Assembly (NCBI RefSeq): GCF_026571515.1
Contig: NW_026857242.1
Coordinates: 62,001 to 126,000 of the forward strand
Length of the DNA stretch: 64,000 nt
Direction: 5' to 3'
From: Ruditapes philippinarum
Taxonomy: Eukaryota
Part shown: positions 13,641 to 27,500 of the stretch, in pieces
Layout of the letters: each line of letters begins with the position of its first letter
Position numbering within the stretch: the stretch's first letter is position 1
Translations under genes and position numbers: made by a program
Notes under the pieces: generated by a model
What the model saw: only the letters and a program-made list of their open reading frames with translations
The model's database searches: none
Told to the model about the DNA's origin: nothing

Positions 13641-15677
13641 TCACCTCACTTATTTTTATGGACAGCTCAAGTAATAATTAAAAATGTTTCTCAAAACAAT
13701 CGATCTATTTTATTCTTTTATTATCAATGAATTCTAGAATTTTTTTTAAGGTTAACTTTAGCACAAATACCTGTTACCTTCTTACATATGCATTGCAAAC
13801 AAACAAACAAAAGGCGCCAAGACATGCATCAAATTAAGCAATCTTATCAAGTTACATTAGTGTTAACAAAATGACTTTTTTTAAACAATATAAAGAAATC
13901 AAAGAAACAGAAAGAACGTTTGCTCTAATCTTATGCTTTAGGCTGCATGTAAATAACAACAAAATGGATCTAGTCGGTTTGACGATTGCGCTCCGCCAAG
14001 TTGATTATCAAATATACAAAAGTCTTTAGATTAGTAATAAAACTTTCTTATTCAGATAAAAAATATATGCCATAATAAAAATGATTTAAATTACAATATA
14101 TATATAATCGTACAGATAAATTCAAGGTAAAACGAAATGCGTATTGCAACGAGGTGTGGTTTAGCTGTGATGGACATGTGATAAAAAGTTACATTTCTTT
14201 TGTTTTTCATTAGAGCGATACATCAACCATGTCCATGCCCTATCTCTATGACATTTTAGTTGTTATTGTACCTCAAGAGTTAAATTAAAAAAAACAGAAT
14301 ATGAGGAAATGTCACAATTTCTTAATAAGCCCGGTGTTCCAGAAATCGACTGTTATTATTACTCCCCAAAGATCTTTATCTTCAGGAAAATCAATTTAAC
14401 AATTTGACATGAACTTTTATTCTAAGATAAGAACTACGCTAGAACAGAATGACTCGATCTGTTGTTCAAGAATAGAATAATAATAACAAACAACCTGAAC
14501 AACACTCAACGTAAAACAAGATAAGGGGTTAACCCATTAATTGTTCAATAATCAAGTATGATTTTTACACGTCATCTTCATCGTAATGTATTCGGTATTC
14601 CACACACATATACGAGTACTGAGAAGTTTTGATATTAAAGTATAATGTGAAGTCTAGTACTTGATGGTACCATTACAATAATGTAATACAAAAAAACTGA
14701 TGCACTTTTGGCATTGTTCAATCAAGAATACTGGTTTCCGTAAACAACTGTCCATAGTTGGAAATAGCAAACATGTAAGGTTGTCTCTTGTAATTCTTAT
14801 ATAGAATGGCTGTGTACATGTTTTATGATATTGTTTGTTTGTAATATACTGTGTGTACATAGAAGAGACCCAAATAAACAAATACAAAAATGTATATACA
14901 TACATGTATATATGTATGTAAGGGTGATTTAACGTATAAATACTGTTACCACATTAACTGGTGGCGGTGTTGAAATACCCCATTAAGAAAATGTAACATT
15001 TTGGTAATAAACAAAGATTATGTATATTTGTGTTATTTTAGAATGACAAACGTATATATACCGCGTCTTAAAGATCCTGTATGTTTTGTGATTGAAATTG
15101 TTACTGTATGTATCACACACTTGCAAAATATTATATATGTATATAATTATGCAAATAAAACAATTTTCAAACATCAAAGAATATGTAAAATGTGTACTGC
15201 AAATATTTGTTCACATTTTATTTAATCAATAAGTTACATGCATTCATTTCTTATTGGAAAATTTGACTTGGAATTTATAGAAAATAAATTTCTAATTACC
15301 TCCCTTTATTTACGCAAAATGTTAAATTGGGTAATATCTTTATAAATAATGCTTATTTGAACTTACAAGATTGACAAATCTTAATTTGAGCATCATATTT
15401 ATGAAATAAAACCATGAAAAAAATGTGTTACAGGATCTTTAACGTTTTAATTATTGTTATATTAGGTAATTTAATTTACAAGAAACTACCTTCTTGATGA
15501 TATAGAAACTGATAAAGATGAAAAAAGGTAGGAAAAACCCACTAAAATGAGAAATATATATTTATTCTATTTTCAAAATCCTAGTTTAATTTGAAGTTTT
15601 TGAAAATACTGTTCAAGTACATGTTGTATAATTCTTTAATAGGAACGATCTATTTAAATAGTAGCAAATATAAAATT

Positions 15678-16420
15678 TTAAGATTCAAGATTCAAACTAT
15701 TTTATTTGGACGTTTCTTGCTACACAACACATATATACAATGATACAATATAACTTGTCAACATGACACAATTTATAGACAATTATATTAACAGAAAATA
15801 TTATACATATAGTCAAAACAAGAGAGAAAATGGAAGCTAGAAAACAAAGAGGTTGAACTAATGGAGAAATTGTATATTTTATGACTTACTGCTAAATCAC
15901 TGCCAAAATAAGTCAAATGTTTCATGAAATTATTGAATTATAACATGGACAATTTGTATATTTATTTGATTTAAAAAGGTAGATACTGTAATAAGCTTAT
16001 TCAGATATCATATTAACAATACCCTGACGTATTTCAAACGCTTCAAATATATATTTATATAATTTAAGTTGCATGTTGCATATTCTGCATAAGTTCAACG
16101 AATTTATGGACACTAGGTCTATAATAATATTACTTCTTTAGGTATTGTTTACGTATATCATCATAAGCATTACAAATACAAACAAAATGAAATTCGCCTA
16201 CTGACAGTCTGTATCACGTGAATTACAAATAAGACAATATCCCTCTTCTACAACATACATATGACAAACCTGCATTATCTAACAATGATTTCACATTAGA
16301 CAACCAGTTATTTTTTCCTCTATTAATATCATTTAACATTGATGTATATAAGTAACTGACTATAACATTATAACTGTTAACAATATTTGACCAGAATTTG
16401 ATAATCCGTAAAAATCATGT
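15678..16420 (-). mobile_element. Degenerate LINE 3' end (ORF2 C-terminal zinc-knuckle region plus tail)
   Basis: The minus strand reads YCLICNSR..VGEFHFVCICNAYDDIRKQYLKK*YYYRPSVHKFVELM (CxxC..ExHF..C knuckle). It ends aataaaatagt(ttgaatc)2 at ~15680-15710. Confidence 0.7.
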
Positions 16421-16430
16421 AATGGAAAAA

Positions 16431-16583
16431 GTACGAGTTTTTCTTCAGAAGTGTTTTCTTTCAGACGTAAAAAGACAGTTTGCTAGGATAAACAACAAAT
16501 TGTCCGAGGCGAAGCCAAGGATAAATTGTTGTTTGTCCTCTTCACGTCTGTTATAAGACACTTTTGAAGAAATTACGAGTAAC
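16431..16583. mobile_element. Degenerate palindromic MITE with a central ccgaggcgaagcc hairpin
   Basis: ggataaacaacaaattgtcc and ggataaattgttgtttgtcc are inverted around gaggcgaagccaa. The outer arms (cttcagaagtgt / acacttttgaag) also pair. Confidence 0.6.
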
Positions 16584-16880
16584 TGTATCTGAATATACGA
16601 CGTTTAAGTGTAAAGAACAGATAAATTGATTAACACATTTAATAATAAATAGATTTAATGTATGTTTACGTCGAAAATATAAAACTATAAAAAATGTTTG
16701 CCTGGCCTTTCAGCTTTGGGCAGTGAAAGGTGTAGGTAAATTGTATTCGCGCACTTATTTCAATCGGACATAATTAACTAACTTTCACTCATGATAAACA
16801 CCATTAAATGGCTGCCTTCATCAGAGAGATCAATTATATCAATCAACATTAAAACTGTCTCTGAACATGATTTGCGTTCT

Positions 16881-17121
16881 CCTGTTCATGGACGGTACTG
16901 GAAAGTGCAAGTTACCGTCCACGCCCCCTTGCACCGGCTTAAGCAGATGTCAACATTTAAACACGAAAATGGTGAAATTTTTAATTTAGAAACATCCGCA
17001 GATGTGATCATACGGCGGTTATCATAGAACCATCAATGTGACACAGTAGTGCCATTCCATGAAAAGCAGCGTATGGTCCCCAAATAAAAGAATGTGTGTG
17101 CCCTAAGCGAGAAAACAATGA
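16881..17121. repeat. Dispersed repeat family R2, inverted relative to the copy at 56061-56365
   Basis: ~240 bp of high similarity to the reverse complement of 56061-56298, e.g. ctgttcatggacggtactggaaagtgcaagttaccgtccacgcccc. Partial copies lie at 29400-29580 and 20181-20250. Confidence 0.88.
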
Positions 17122-17690
17122 AACAACTAAATAAAATTGAATTTTGAAAAGGGATCTGAGGCTATGAAGCCTGCATATCACAGACAAGACGTCAAAAGAC
17201 AATTTAAAAAGCTGGCAACATATCCTAAGGGTGATTATACAGCATTCAAGTAAGAATAGTGGAACCACCCAAGTTGAAAAGGCCAAATAGAAGAAACTAA
17301 AATTACAACATAACATGAATACACAACAATTATGTCGTGCTAAACGATCTTAAATTTTCTAGTTTCAACAAAATGATAGTGTCAAACTGATTCTGTACAA
17401 CGGTAACCCTTAATTTTTAATGTATACTTATACCCAACCACTAGATCGTTTTGCTCGCCGGTTCTGAAATTTACGATAGAAAAAAAGTTATATACCCATC
17501 TATATCAAAATTAGAATTTTTATAACCCCAAGTCTCAAACAAAAAAATAATATCATTATTACACAGTTTCTTTATAAAATCATTTCATAAAGTCCATTTA
17601 AATTTCATGATTATATGGACAGTCCAGCCTCATCGAGTTCCTACTTCCGGTTCCCGTTCTGCATCTGGCTTCTGCAGGACTCTTTATCGC

Positions 17691-18330
17691 TTAATGGTAC
17701 CCGTCAACAAAAGGGGTGTCGTAGGCTAACCAAGCTTGGCGACCTTGTTTTTTGGCATTTTTAAGTTTCGGTAAGAGTGATTTTCTCCGTGCTTCAATTT
17801 CCTGTAGAAATTGCTCGTGAAGATAAAACTGAGTGTCATTTTGCTTGGTTCTGATGCGACGCACCATTTCTCTATCTTTGTAAAAGGCAAATTTAGCAAA
17901 TATTTCGCGTGGATTACCGCTACGTTGATTGTAATCCCCCATGTGACGGACACAGAGCGATGTTCAAATGGTCAACAAAGAATCGAGGTAAAGTCTGCTC
18001 ACTATTTTCACACGTTTCTTGTTTTGGTTGAGGAATATTACCAAAAATTAGATTGTTACGAATGCTTTGTGATTTGACATACAATAAATCATCATTGACT
18101 TGAACTTCGGTTTGATGCATTTGATCCGATTCGCTCTGTGCATGACCAAAGGCAAATTGAAGGCTATCTATACCTTGCCATCCATTTTTCTGTCACTATC
18201 ATGCACAAAAGTCCATAATTTTTAAGGTCGATCGATCTCATCTATTGCTCGACTATGTCCAAGGTATTGAAACGCTGGTCAACATGATTTAGCTTGAAAA
18301 GCTCTATTTTACGCAAATATATAATGATAG
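17691..18330 (-). mobile_element. Degenerate LINE ORF1 (L1/transposase_22-like RNA-binding ORF1 of CR1/L2-type elements)
   Basis: Frameshifted ORFs give SQSIRNNLIFGNIP..ENSE, then HR/MG..PREIFAKFAFYKDREMVR..EQFLQEIEARRKSLLP..AKKQGRQAWL, the canonical ORF1 motif series. Confidence 0.8.
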
Positions 18331-18699
18331 CATCAGTATGTGTGCCAGTACTGGTAGAAATATACGCCGGAATAGGGAGCGGGGGCACTGATGGCAACGA
18401 AGATGTTGAATTGGGGGGGGGGGGCGGATTCTAACACATTTGGTATTAAACCTACATATTTACCAGTAAAATCAACTACCGCTGCCGATCAAAGTCTTGC
18501 ACAAGGTGAAATCTCTTTGCCCAACATTAGAGACAGCGAGATTAACGAAAACATAAAACTTCAAGTGTCAAAGATGTATATTTTAGAACAAAATATTACG
18601 CACATTAAAGGAAGAGAGACAGAAATATTTGGTGATTCGTCACAAACACACTTATGTTTACAGATGTAAAAATCAGAATTCATTGACCTCCTTCTAATA

Positions 18700-19620
18700 C
18701 AAGTGATTCTAAATGTGTTCAAGATAAAATGGGAGAAATGGTTATAAGATGGAGAGACATACAGATATTTTCCTGAACTGCGTGAAATATTCCGATACCA
18801 GTTATGTAGTTCGTCGTCTTCCCCTTATAATAAAACTGACCGGCGCTCAAATCTGGACTCGAAATGTGGCATCTAGGAAAGTGTATCTTTCACCAAATTC
18901 CAAGTGCAATGAAATACGTATTTGATTGAGGATCACTCTTGCAATTGATTCTTTGGTTAAGGAACAGTACATTTGCTGATATTTGTAGTGTATTTTGAGA
19001 AGATGTATATTCAACATAGGAAATGAGGTGCTATAGGTATTTTCTATGGTTATTCGTTTAGTCCAAATATCAAAGATTTGACGCACATTAGACAGGGGAA
19101 GAGTAATTTTTATACTTGTGTTAGGTTTCACTTGAAAAAAGGATAATTTTAAGCATCAAAGAGAAAATGGCAATTTGTTAAGCGTCTTGGTCAATATTTA
19201 ACATGTAAAAGACTTAATGTGATCCATGCTGAAGAAGACGAAGCTTGTCCTATAGGACAAACAACTATCTCTGAGAGTGCAATTCAATATGCTGCAGTGA
19301 AAGGTGAGGACACTGATCTATTGCAAATGCTTTGGTGTCATGCCATACTCTCACGATATATTTTTCTTATTAGACATTAAACGTCATGGATATTGTATTC
19401 CAAAGCTATGGTACATTCAGGAGACAAATCTGATGACAAGAAGTATATTACTATCCTCTCTCCCATTTATCTATCAAACTTTGTGATTCAATATCAAATG
19501 TGTATGGCGACAGTTAATCTAACGGTATTACATTTGTTCAAGAAGGATTCAAGATTTTTAGACGTTATACGAGTAGTTATGTTCCATGAATACTCGACAC
19601 GAGAAGAGGCTTTTAGTATC
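18700..19620 (+). mobile_element. Degenerate Academ(X)-like DNA transposon remnant (XPG/PIN-like region)
   Basis: Broken + frames read IFRYQLCS, KYVFD*GSLLQLILW..TFADIC, IFYGY..PNIKDLTHIR, HAEED, VKGEDTDLL and CDS. These match the YVLDGGxLL / VFDGY..STKD / DAD / GEDTDL / GCDT series of XPG-type transposases. Confidence 0.6.
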
Positions 19621-22600
19621 GCATTTGCGTTGTCGTGTGTCGAGTCAGGCGATACACAGGCCATGCCACTTGAAAACGTGAATTGACATCACCATGATGC
19701 GGAGTGACATTGTGCCAATGTCATGCAAAGCCGCTTGACAATAAGAAACAACTCTCAACAATCCAAAGTGAAATTGGATTATAAATGTCGCGATTTTTAA
19801 CGCAACAATGCCAAATAAAAGTGCGATCTTTTATTTGGAATTCTCGAGCTTCATATTGGTGAGCGTCACTTCGCAATATCGAGCTCTATTACGAACTGTC
19901 ACGGAAGACACATTTATGAAACAATCAGTACACTGCACCATACTATAAAACAATTAAATTAAATGAATTCAAATTCGGGTCTCATGTTTTAAATCAGGTA
20001 TTAAACTCGATTTAAACGACAAACCATTGTCGAATTTGAATGGCTCTTAAGGGAGTTAACTAAGGTTGGTATGATAGAATATGAAGAAGTATTATCGTTT
20101 ATTTGTCTGAGCTTTATATAATATTGAGAACTTTCGGGCGGATACAATTTCCAGTGTTAAAACACAGTGTCTGAGTTACAGACTCAATCAAACCGAGCCT
20201 GCAATATTTTTGATTTTGTCGTTTCGGGAGTTCTTTAGAGATTCCTTTTTTCTCTATTTTACTGTAAATCCAAGTATTGTTAGTACAATGCCATGTTGTT
20301 ACAAATAATATAATCAATATAATTTCGGAAGATCTGACGGCTTACTATTAGTCCCGTTTTAATGTTCAACGTTCGCACACACATAAATCTGTTAACTGTA
20401 CTGACTTGGCAATCATTGTCTTAGAATGCCTGAACACCCTTAAAATTTCATACATCACTTGAGCCTTGCATCAGCATTCGCCAACATTTTACTGTTTTAT
20501 TCGGCTAAAGTCATTCCTAGTTAATTCATTTATAGCAAAGTAAAAAAGAATATATATATATAGATCTAGTCAGGACGACGCTAATTCAGGGACAGACTCG
20601 AATGTTAGTTAAGTTACACATAGGGATGATACATTTGTTTGTTTTCCTTCAAACCTTAATCACTTTACAAGATTAAAAATTTTTGGGAGAGAAATTTATT
20701 TAATTTTGTGCAGATTGAGGAATATATTATTTTTATAAGTCGTAGCGCAATATGGTGAACTTAACAAACATTTTTTAAAATGTAATTTATATTTTATCAT
20801 AATGTAAATACTTGGTCGGATATTTGAGCAATTAACATTAAAATTAGAGTGTAAAATGCTAAACCCAACTGTTTGTCTCCATTAAATTCATTTCAATTCA
20901 ATGTTTGATATGAAGTGCAACTAATTGATTTTTCCTTCTCTGTAAATGAATAGCAAAACCTATTAAAATCAATATAATGTGATTTAGTTGATGGAGATAT
21001 TTGGATGTGTTTAATTTAGCACCAACCACGCGGTTATATCAATATATAAAGATTACACGCTCCGTGAGTTGTTCATTGAATGTTCTTTTGGCAACTTTCT
21101 TTAACTCCAGTGTCGCTTCAACAACCCTTTTGTAAGAGACTTTTTTAAAGTCAAAGAGTACCAGTGACGTTTTGTGTGTGTGTTATTTTACAAATGCATT
21201 GAGCATGATAAACATTTTTCTGTTTTATTTTTGAAACTTGAATATCGCATATCGTTTATAAATCAGAAAAATATGTTCTGTTGAATGACTTTACATAGGT
21301 GTATCGCGTTGCGAAGGGAAAAGTTATGCTATGTTTGCCAGTGATACGGGGAGAAAATAACGCTTTAGAAATATAGGAATCTTATCACTGGAGGGTAAAT
21401 AGGGCCAATAAATACTATATCATATAGTCTATACAAGAAAACATTGATTATATTTAACAAGGTAAAATTTTGTTGATACTGATTTTCACTGTGTACTCTT
21501 TTTGTTATTTATCAAGAAAAAATGTAATATGTTCACTATTTTTTTTATATGTTTAGAATAGGGCATTAACATCAAAACTATATTATTACGAAAGTTATAT
21601 GATTATTAGAGCGTTACTTAACATAGCATATATATGTGAGTGTGCAAGAAGGGATATATTTTATACTTACTGATTAACATATATACGTAAGTATTATGTT
21701 TCTTTATATTCACTTCATACTTCTAATATATTGACGGACAATCTTTTATACATTACCGAAATACATGAACTTGCGATAACAGCACGCGCCACTCATGCAT
21801 GTATATACTTTCGTTTTTCATTAAAATAAATAATACCGACTTAGAAGCACTACTTAGTTTTGCACTGAAAAATACATTGATTAACTTCAGTGGATATAAA
21901 CTTAAAGTTTAATGAGATTTCTATTTGATTTTCGGGCAGGGCGGGCGGGGTTCTTACTACGAGACATTGATATTTTATGCTGCGTATTTAAACAAACAGA
22001 CGGAAAATCAAACCACCATGATCTATGTTTTTATTTCATTTCTTTTTCATATATCAGTGTTGAACAATTTATTTGTTAACTTACTGAGAAATATATTTAT
22101 ACGGTTATGACACTATAGAGCACTTGTTTTGTGTTATTTGAATCAGTAAATTTGTATGATTCGTATGTGTGTCTAGTGACTAGGATATCGATGGGAGTAT
22201 AACAATAACTTGAGGCTCGAAGTCTGTTTTACTACATTTTGTATAAAACTTCTTAAAACTCGAATCACTGGATAGGATATATGTGTATCAGGTCTTATCG
22301 TTCTAAATTAATAGAAGTCAACTATAGTAAAAGTTATCAACTGCACAAACTTGTACATTAAGTGCATCATTGGGAACAAAATGAAGACTACATGCGCTCT
22401 TTCAATAGGATAATTTTCATACACTGACATAGATGTCATTTAAAAATTCATAATACAAATACATGTAGTTCTTTTTACAACAGAATTGACTGTGTTAGGC
22501 AGTTCTGTGCACATGGATACATGTATTTCATAAAATGCAGATCAAGAAAACATTCGATAATGTGTTGACGTGTTTGAACCTAGAAATACCTAAAATTTAA

Positions 22601-24593
22601 TGTTCTTTTTTTTTTGGACCAGATTTTGGAAATTATTAAAACAAAAATGTATTTATTGTAAATAATCTTCCAATACTACTGATTTTGGTGGTTTAATTTG
22701 GAACATTTTTAATATTCACTGATTATACATATCTTACGAAAAATTGATTTTAATTGGTTTTCATTCTATGAAAATAAGGGTATACATATTAGTTTAAGTA
22801 GGAGTTTGGTTTAAATCAGTACATATTGATGAAAATAGTTAAAAATTAAGTCAATCAATACCTAATCTATATGTTTTGTTGACACGTTACGGTAGTAGCA
22901 ATATTATTATTTACATAGCTGTGTTCAACATTTAACATGGTCCCTTTTATCTCAAACCATAGCTATTGTTTGAAGTCAATTGTAGTGGAAATTGATTTGT
23001 TTACACATTTAAGCAAAATCAAAACACTCATGAATACAATGTAAATCAAATTAATGTCCCCCTGAATGCCGTCCTGTATTCAATGAGAGCACATTTTCAA
23101 CAGCATGTTTTATTATGTGTTGAAGAAATTACAATTCTATACTGTTGTTGTTAAACCAACCTTTTGCACGTTGAAAAGAACTATTCAAAATTGGAGAAAT
23201 GACGTTATTTAAGATACATTGATCGCCTTTCATGAATATAAAGTGAATCACAAATGAGATTTAGATTGATATAGAGAATACATCCAATATGATTGATCCA
23301 ATATCAATAGAGTAAATAAAAGAAATATATTTAAATGTATAAACATCTTCACTACTAAAGAAATCACGTTAAATGTTTGAGAAAAATATTAATGTTATTT
23401 ATGTTATTCGTGTATAGGTACGGCCGCTTATAACTATTTCTTATAAAATGAAACGAATATCAAAATAATTGTCAGTGCGTAAGTCTAACTTTTATTTATT
23501 ATTTGAGCTAATTAAATATTTTTTTAAGTCATTTCAGAAAAGAAAGTAGTGAATGAAAACTCCGTCTTGTGTGTTAAGGTTATATTTTAGTCGTTTATAA
23601 TTTGCTATAAAAGGATGATATGAGAATATTACTGGATGTTGGCCTAGCGGGTTCTTAATTACAACAAGAGAAAATAATGGACATAATCTATCATATACGC
23701 TTCAATGAAGAAAAAAACGTGAAGTAAAACACTATTCAATTAACTGAATACCAAGATAATTACGAGATACTGTAAAAAAATTTATAGTACAAACAAACAA
23801 GAGACAGGGGAAACGTACTAATAGACAGAATAAGAAAAAAACCGCAAATGATATTGTCATAACATTTATTGCTGTTTATATGTAATGTATACAAACATTT
23901 ATCAGAAAAGAATCTCCTGAATATCTTTATATCCATATAGGATTGGCATACTTTCATATGATATAGAAAATTAGGAACCAAGTATACAAGGAGCATCTGT
24001 ACGAGTAAATCAGTTAACAATTGTATTACATGAATACATTTTAAAGCACCACTTCAAGTAAGGTCGGATAAACAACCCCCATAGGAAGTTTACTGATTTA
24101 ACTGACTTTCATTTATCTATCTTTAATAAAATTTAGTTTACAATAAATTTATATCGATTTCATTGAACGTTTATATGAATTCCTTCAAGTGAACTAGTTA
24201 ATGAAAATGATTATATACTACGTTCTCGGAAACGTCATGTCATAAAACAATATTTTTTTTAAATTCTTTAGCAAATTGAATATAAAACAGTGCACCGTTT
24301 TATGAATTCTAAAATGGCTAAAACGTGCAATTCATCGTTTATTGGCTGAAAAGTGACTTTAAACTAATACAATGTACGGGTCATTTAAAAGTTAAATTAT
24401 TTCTATGGTACAGTTCTGAAGGAATGGGACAAACCGTCTTCACGTGAACTATACTCAAATGTTATAATATATGTTTTATATATATTTCAGTTATTACATA
24501 AGAAATCATTACCAATAACCATGATATAGTCAATTTAGTCATCGTGCTTGACAAGGAAAATCTACGTCAGAAAGAAACTGTGAAGACAGACAA

Positions 24594-27500
24594 ATGGGTT
24601 GCGGAGGATCTAAGACCGCAGGAACGACTCCCAGAGGAGGGAGAAACACCAAGGTAATTATCTTGTCCTAAGTAATTGATTCCTGTAAAGAAGATACAAA
24701 AACTATTTGATAATGTAGGTTACAGTGTGTTTGTTAATATGATGTTTATAATTCCGTAATTTTCCACATTTTAGATCTTTAAATAGTAAATACTGAAATA
24801 TATTTGAAAATAAGGGTTTCCATTCCCCTTATTTCATCCTAAATGTTTATAACTGGGATAAGTTGTAGGCTCAATTTGAATTTGATAATGATTGAATGTT
24901 GAAAATAAGTTACATTTATTTTTTTTGACATGTGTTTAAGGACAACAAAAAAGGAAGGAACAATCAGGTATAATATATATAGCCAATACCACTAATAAAT
25001 AATTGTCACAACGCTTATTTCTTGTTTTCGTATCTATAACCTGTATCATCATTTGCTTATTAGTTTGAATATATGCATTCACTTATTCAGCACTGGTAAA
25101 AGAAACATAGCAAATGTTATAAATCCCATTGTTGACACCTATTAAATTGCCTTTTTGCGAATATTTCTACGCAGTGAACTTCACGCTTTTCGACCATTCT
25201 TCGCATATACAGTACATTTGGCACCTTTTGAGTGTTGTTCGTATAACATTTAACGTATACTATTTAAATCTGTTTACTTTAATGGCCTAAACATTACAAC
25301 AGTTTAGGAATTGTAGGATTATTATTATTTTATGTTAAAGGAAAATGCTCTACAAAGCCATTATGTCATTCTCCAACGTTAGATTTACTGCCGACATACT
25401 TTTGAGTTTCTTAATATATAATAATATGTTAGCCCTACTTTATGTATTAATACCACTTTTACTACTATACTTGCTTCGAGTTCATATTTTTGTTTTCCCT
25501 TCATTACAAACTAAAAGTTATAATAATGCACGGGTATTTTATGTACAGTTGACTCATGTTTAAGTGGTTAGACACCTTTGCATGCTGGTCGGTCTGTATT
25601 CGTTTATCTTAAAATACAGCAAAAATGCAGATACATAAAACAAGGGTCCACAAAAAAGTTAGTAAACAAACTTATTTTAAAAGTCACCATTTTTTCTTAT
25701 CTCTAGTCACTTTGCATAATACTTCTTAATACCCTGCTTTCATTTGCTTCACAAGTACCGATTGATGTATGGCATGCACTTAGATATTAAAATTCTAAAG
25801 AATTTAACTTTTACGACCGTCAACCTAACCAGGACGTGAATGGAACTTTGTCTTCCCTTTTTGATTATCACTTTTTGTGAACGATTAGTGCAAACATTTC
25901 TGTCTAATATACACAAGTAGCACTAAATATGGTAACCACAGAGAAGTTCCAATAGGTATAGCCGATATATTTAGCATGCAGTTCTAAACTTAAACCTTAA
26001 TCTGTAAAATAGTACCGGATTATCATATAAATCATGACTAAAATACTAATAGATATTATATTATATTATATACACTCATAAATGTAGACAATGTAGTAAA
26101 AGAAAATTGTGATGTTTTACGTATATTATTTTAAAAGGAATGCAAAAACATATTTCCATACATTTCTTTATCCATTTATATTTATTAGTCAATTTTGTCT
26201 CTGATCTGGAGTATGTATGTATTAAGCAAATGGATTGTATTACACATATTTCCTTGGTGAATTATTTTCATAATATGTTTACTTTTCTAATGAAATATTC
26301 TTTTGAATTATTTTAAAGGGTGGCAAAGGAAACAATCAAGGAAAAGGAAAGGGGAACAAAAACAAACAGCCCGTAAATGAGAAGGGTTATAAGGTAAACA
26401 CTAGAACCTTAACAAAATAAAACTTTGTAATTATTTTTAATGGAAGCGGTAAAAAGTAAATGCGGCCTTTATCTAAGTTTTCATCAAGACAATAAGTTAA
26501 AAAGGACAGTTCCATATTTATTCAGCAACAGATTTGAATGTGCACACATGTGCATGTATCTGATCGTTAACGATGGTGGTGTTGTTCGTAATTTTCACTA
26601 CGGATAAAGGCACCGCATCGTTCCTGGGCTGGCTGTTAAGAAGTTTACCAGTACTAGTTGCCTTCACTGATAAATTCTGCAGAGGTACAGTGTAAATATC
26701 CGTAGAAATGATTTCATTATCAATCACAACGAAAGTGCTCTGCGCCGTCCGGGAATCAAACTAGGGTCGCCCGATCCGAAGGACCAACGCTCTACCTATC
26801 GAACTAACCGGACAGTTACGGTCGTTTACGATTATCTGCAACTTAATTTTGTATATTTCAGAAACGTATTAGGGAGAATCTGCGTCATGCTGCGGCAGGT
26901 AATGATATAGATGAATTACAGAAATGTATGGAAATATTTGATAATAATCACATGGAAGACGGGGGAGACTACACCGAAGCTGAACAGAGACTAGACTTTC
27001 TTCAAGTTAGAAAAGGTAATTTTAACAAATTTCTGTTAAATATTCATTTACACATCTTTAATGCCTGGAAGCCTATGGCGAGTCCGGTGGCCTTTGCAAG
27101 CACAGTTAAGATCACCGTGGAGAAAAAGGGATGTACGTAAGACAACACAGAGGTGAGATACCAAAACGTGACAGAAATAATTGCCGGGGATGCCGAGTCA
27201 GCTTTTCACACTGTCAGAAAATTGTCACAGTAGCCACAGTGCGAATCGTAATAGGTTGAAGACAACGGTATAAAACACGAACGTTTGAAATAGGCAAACA
27301 TAAAATGTGTAGTAACACGATTGGCGTCGGTTCCAGTAAGGTGTGTAAAGAGCCACACCAAGCTGTAAAGTATTATTTTAGATGTGTGTCGAATATTGAA
27401 TAGCTGTTTCTGTAAACTGAGGTCAAATTTTTAAATAACACTAAGGAAGCGAGGAAGAATGAACAAAGATAGTTGAGTACAAAGAGTAGTCCGAATGTTC

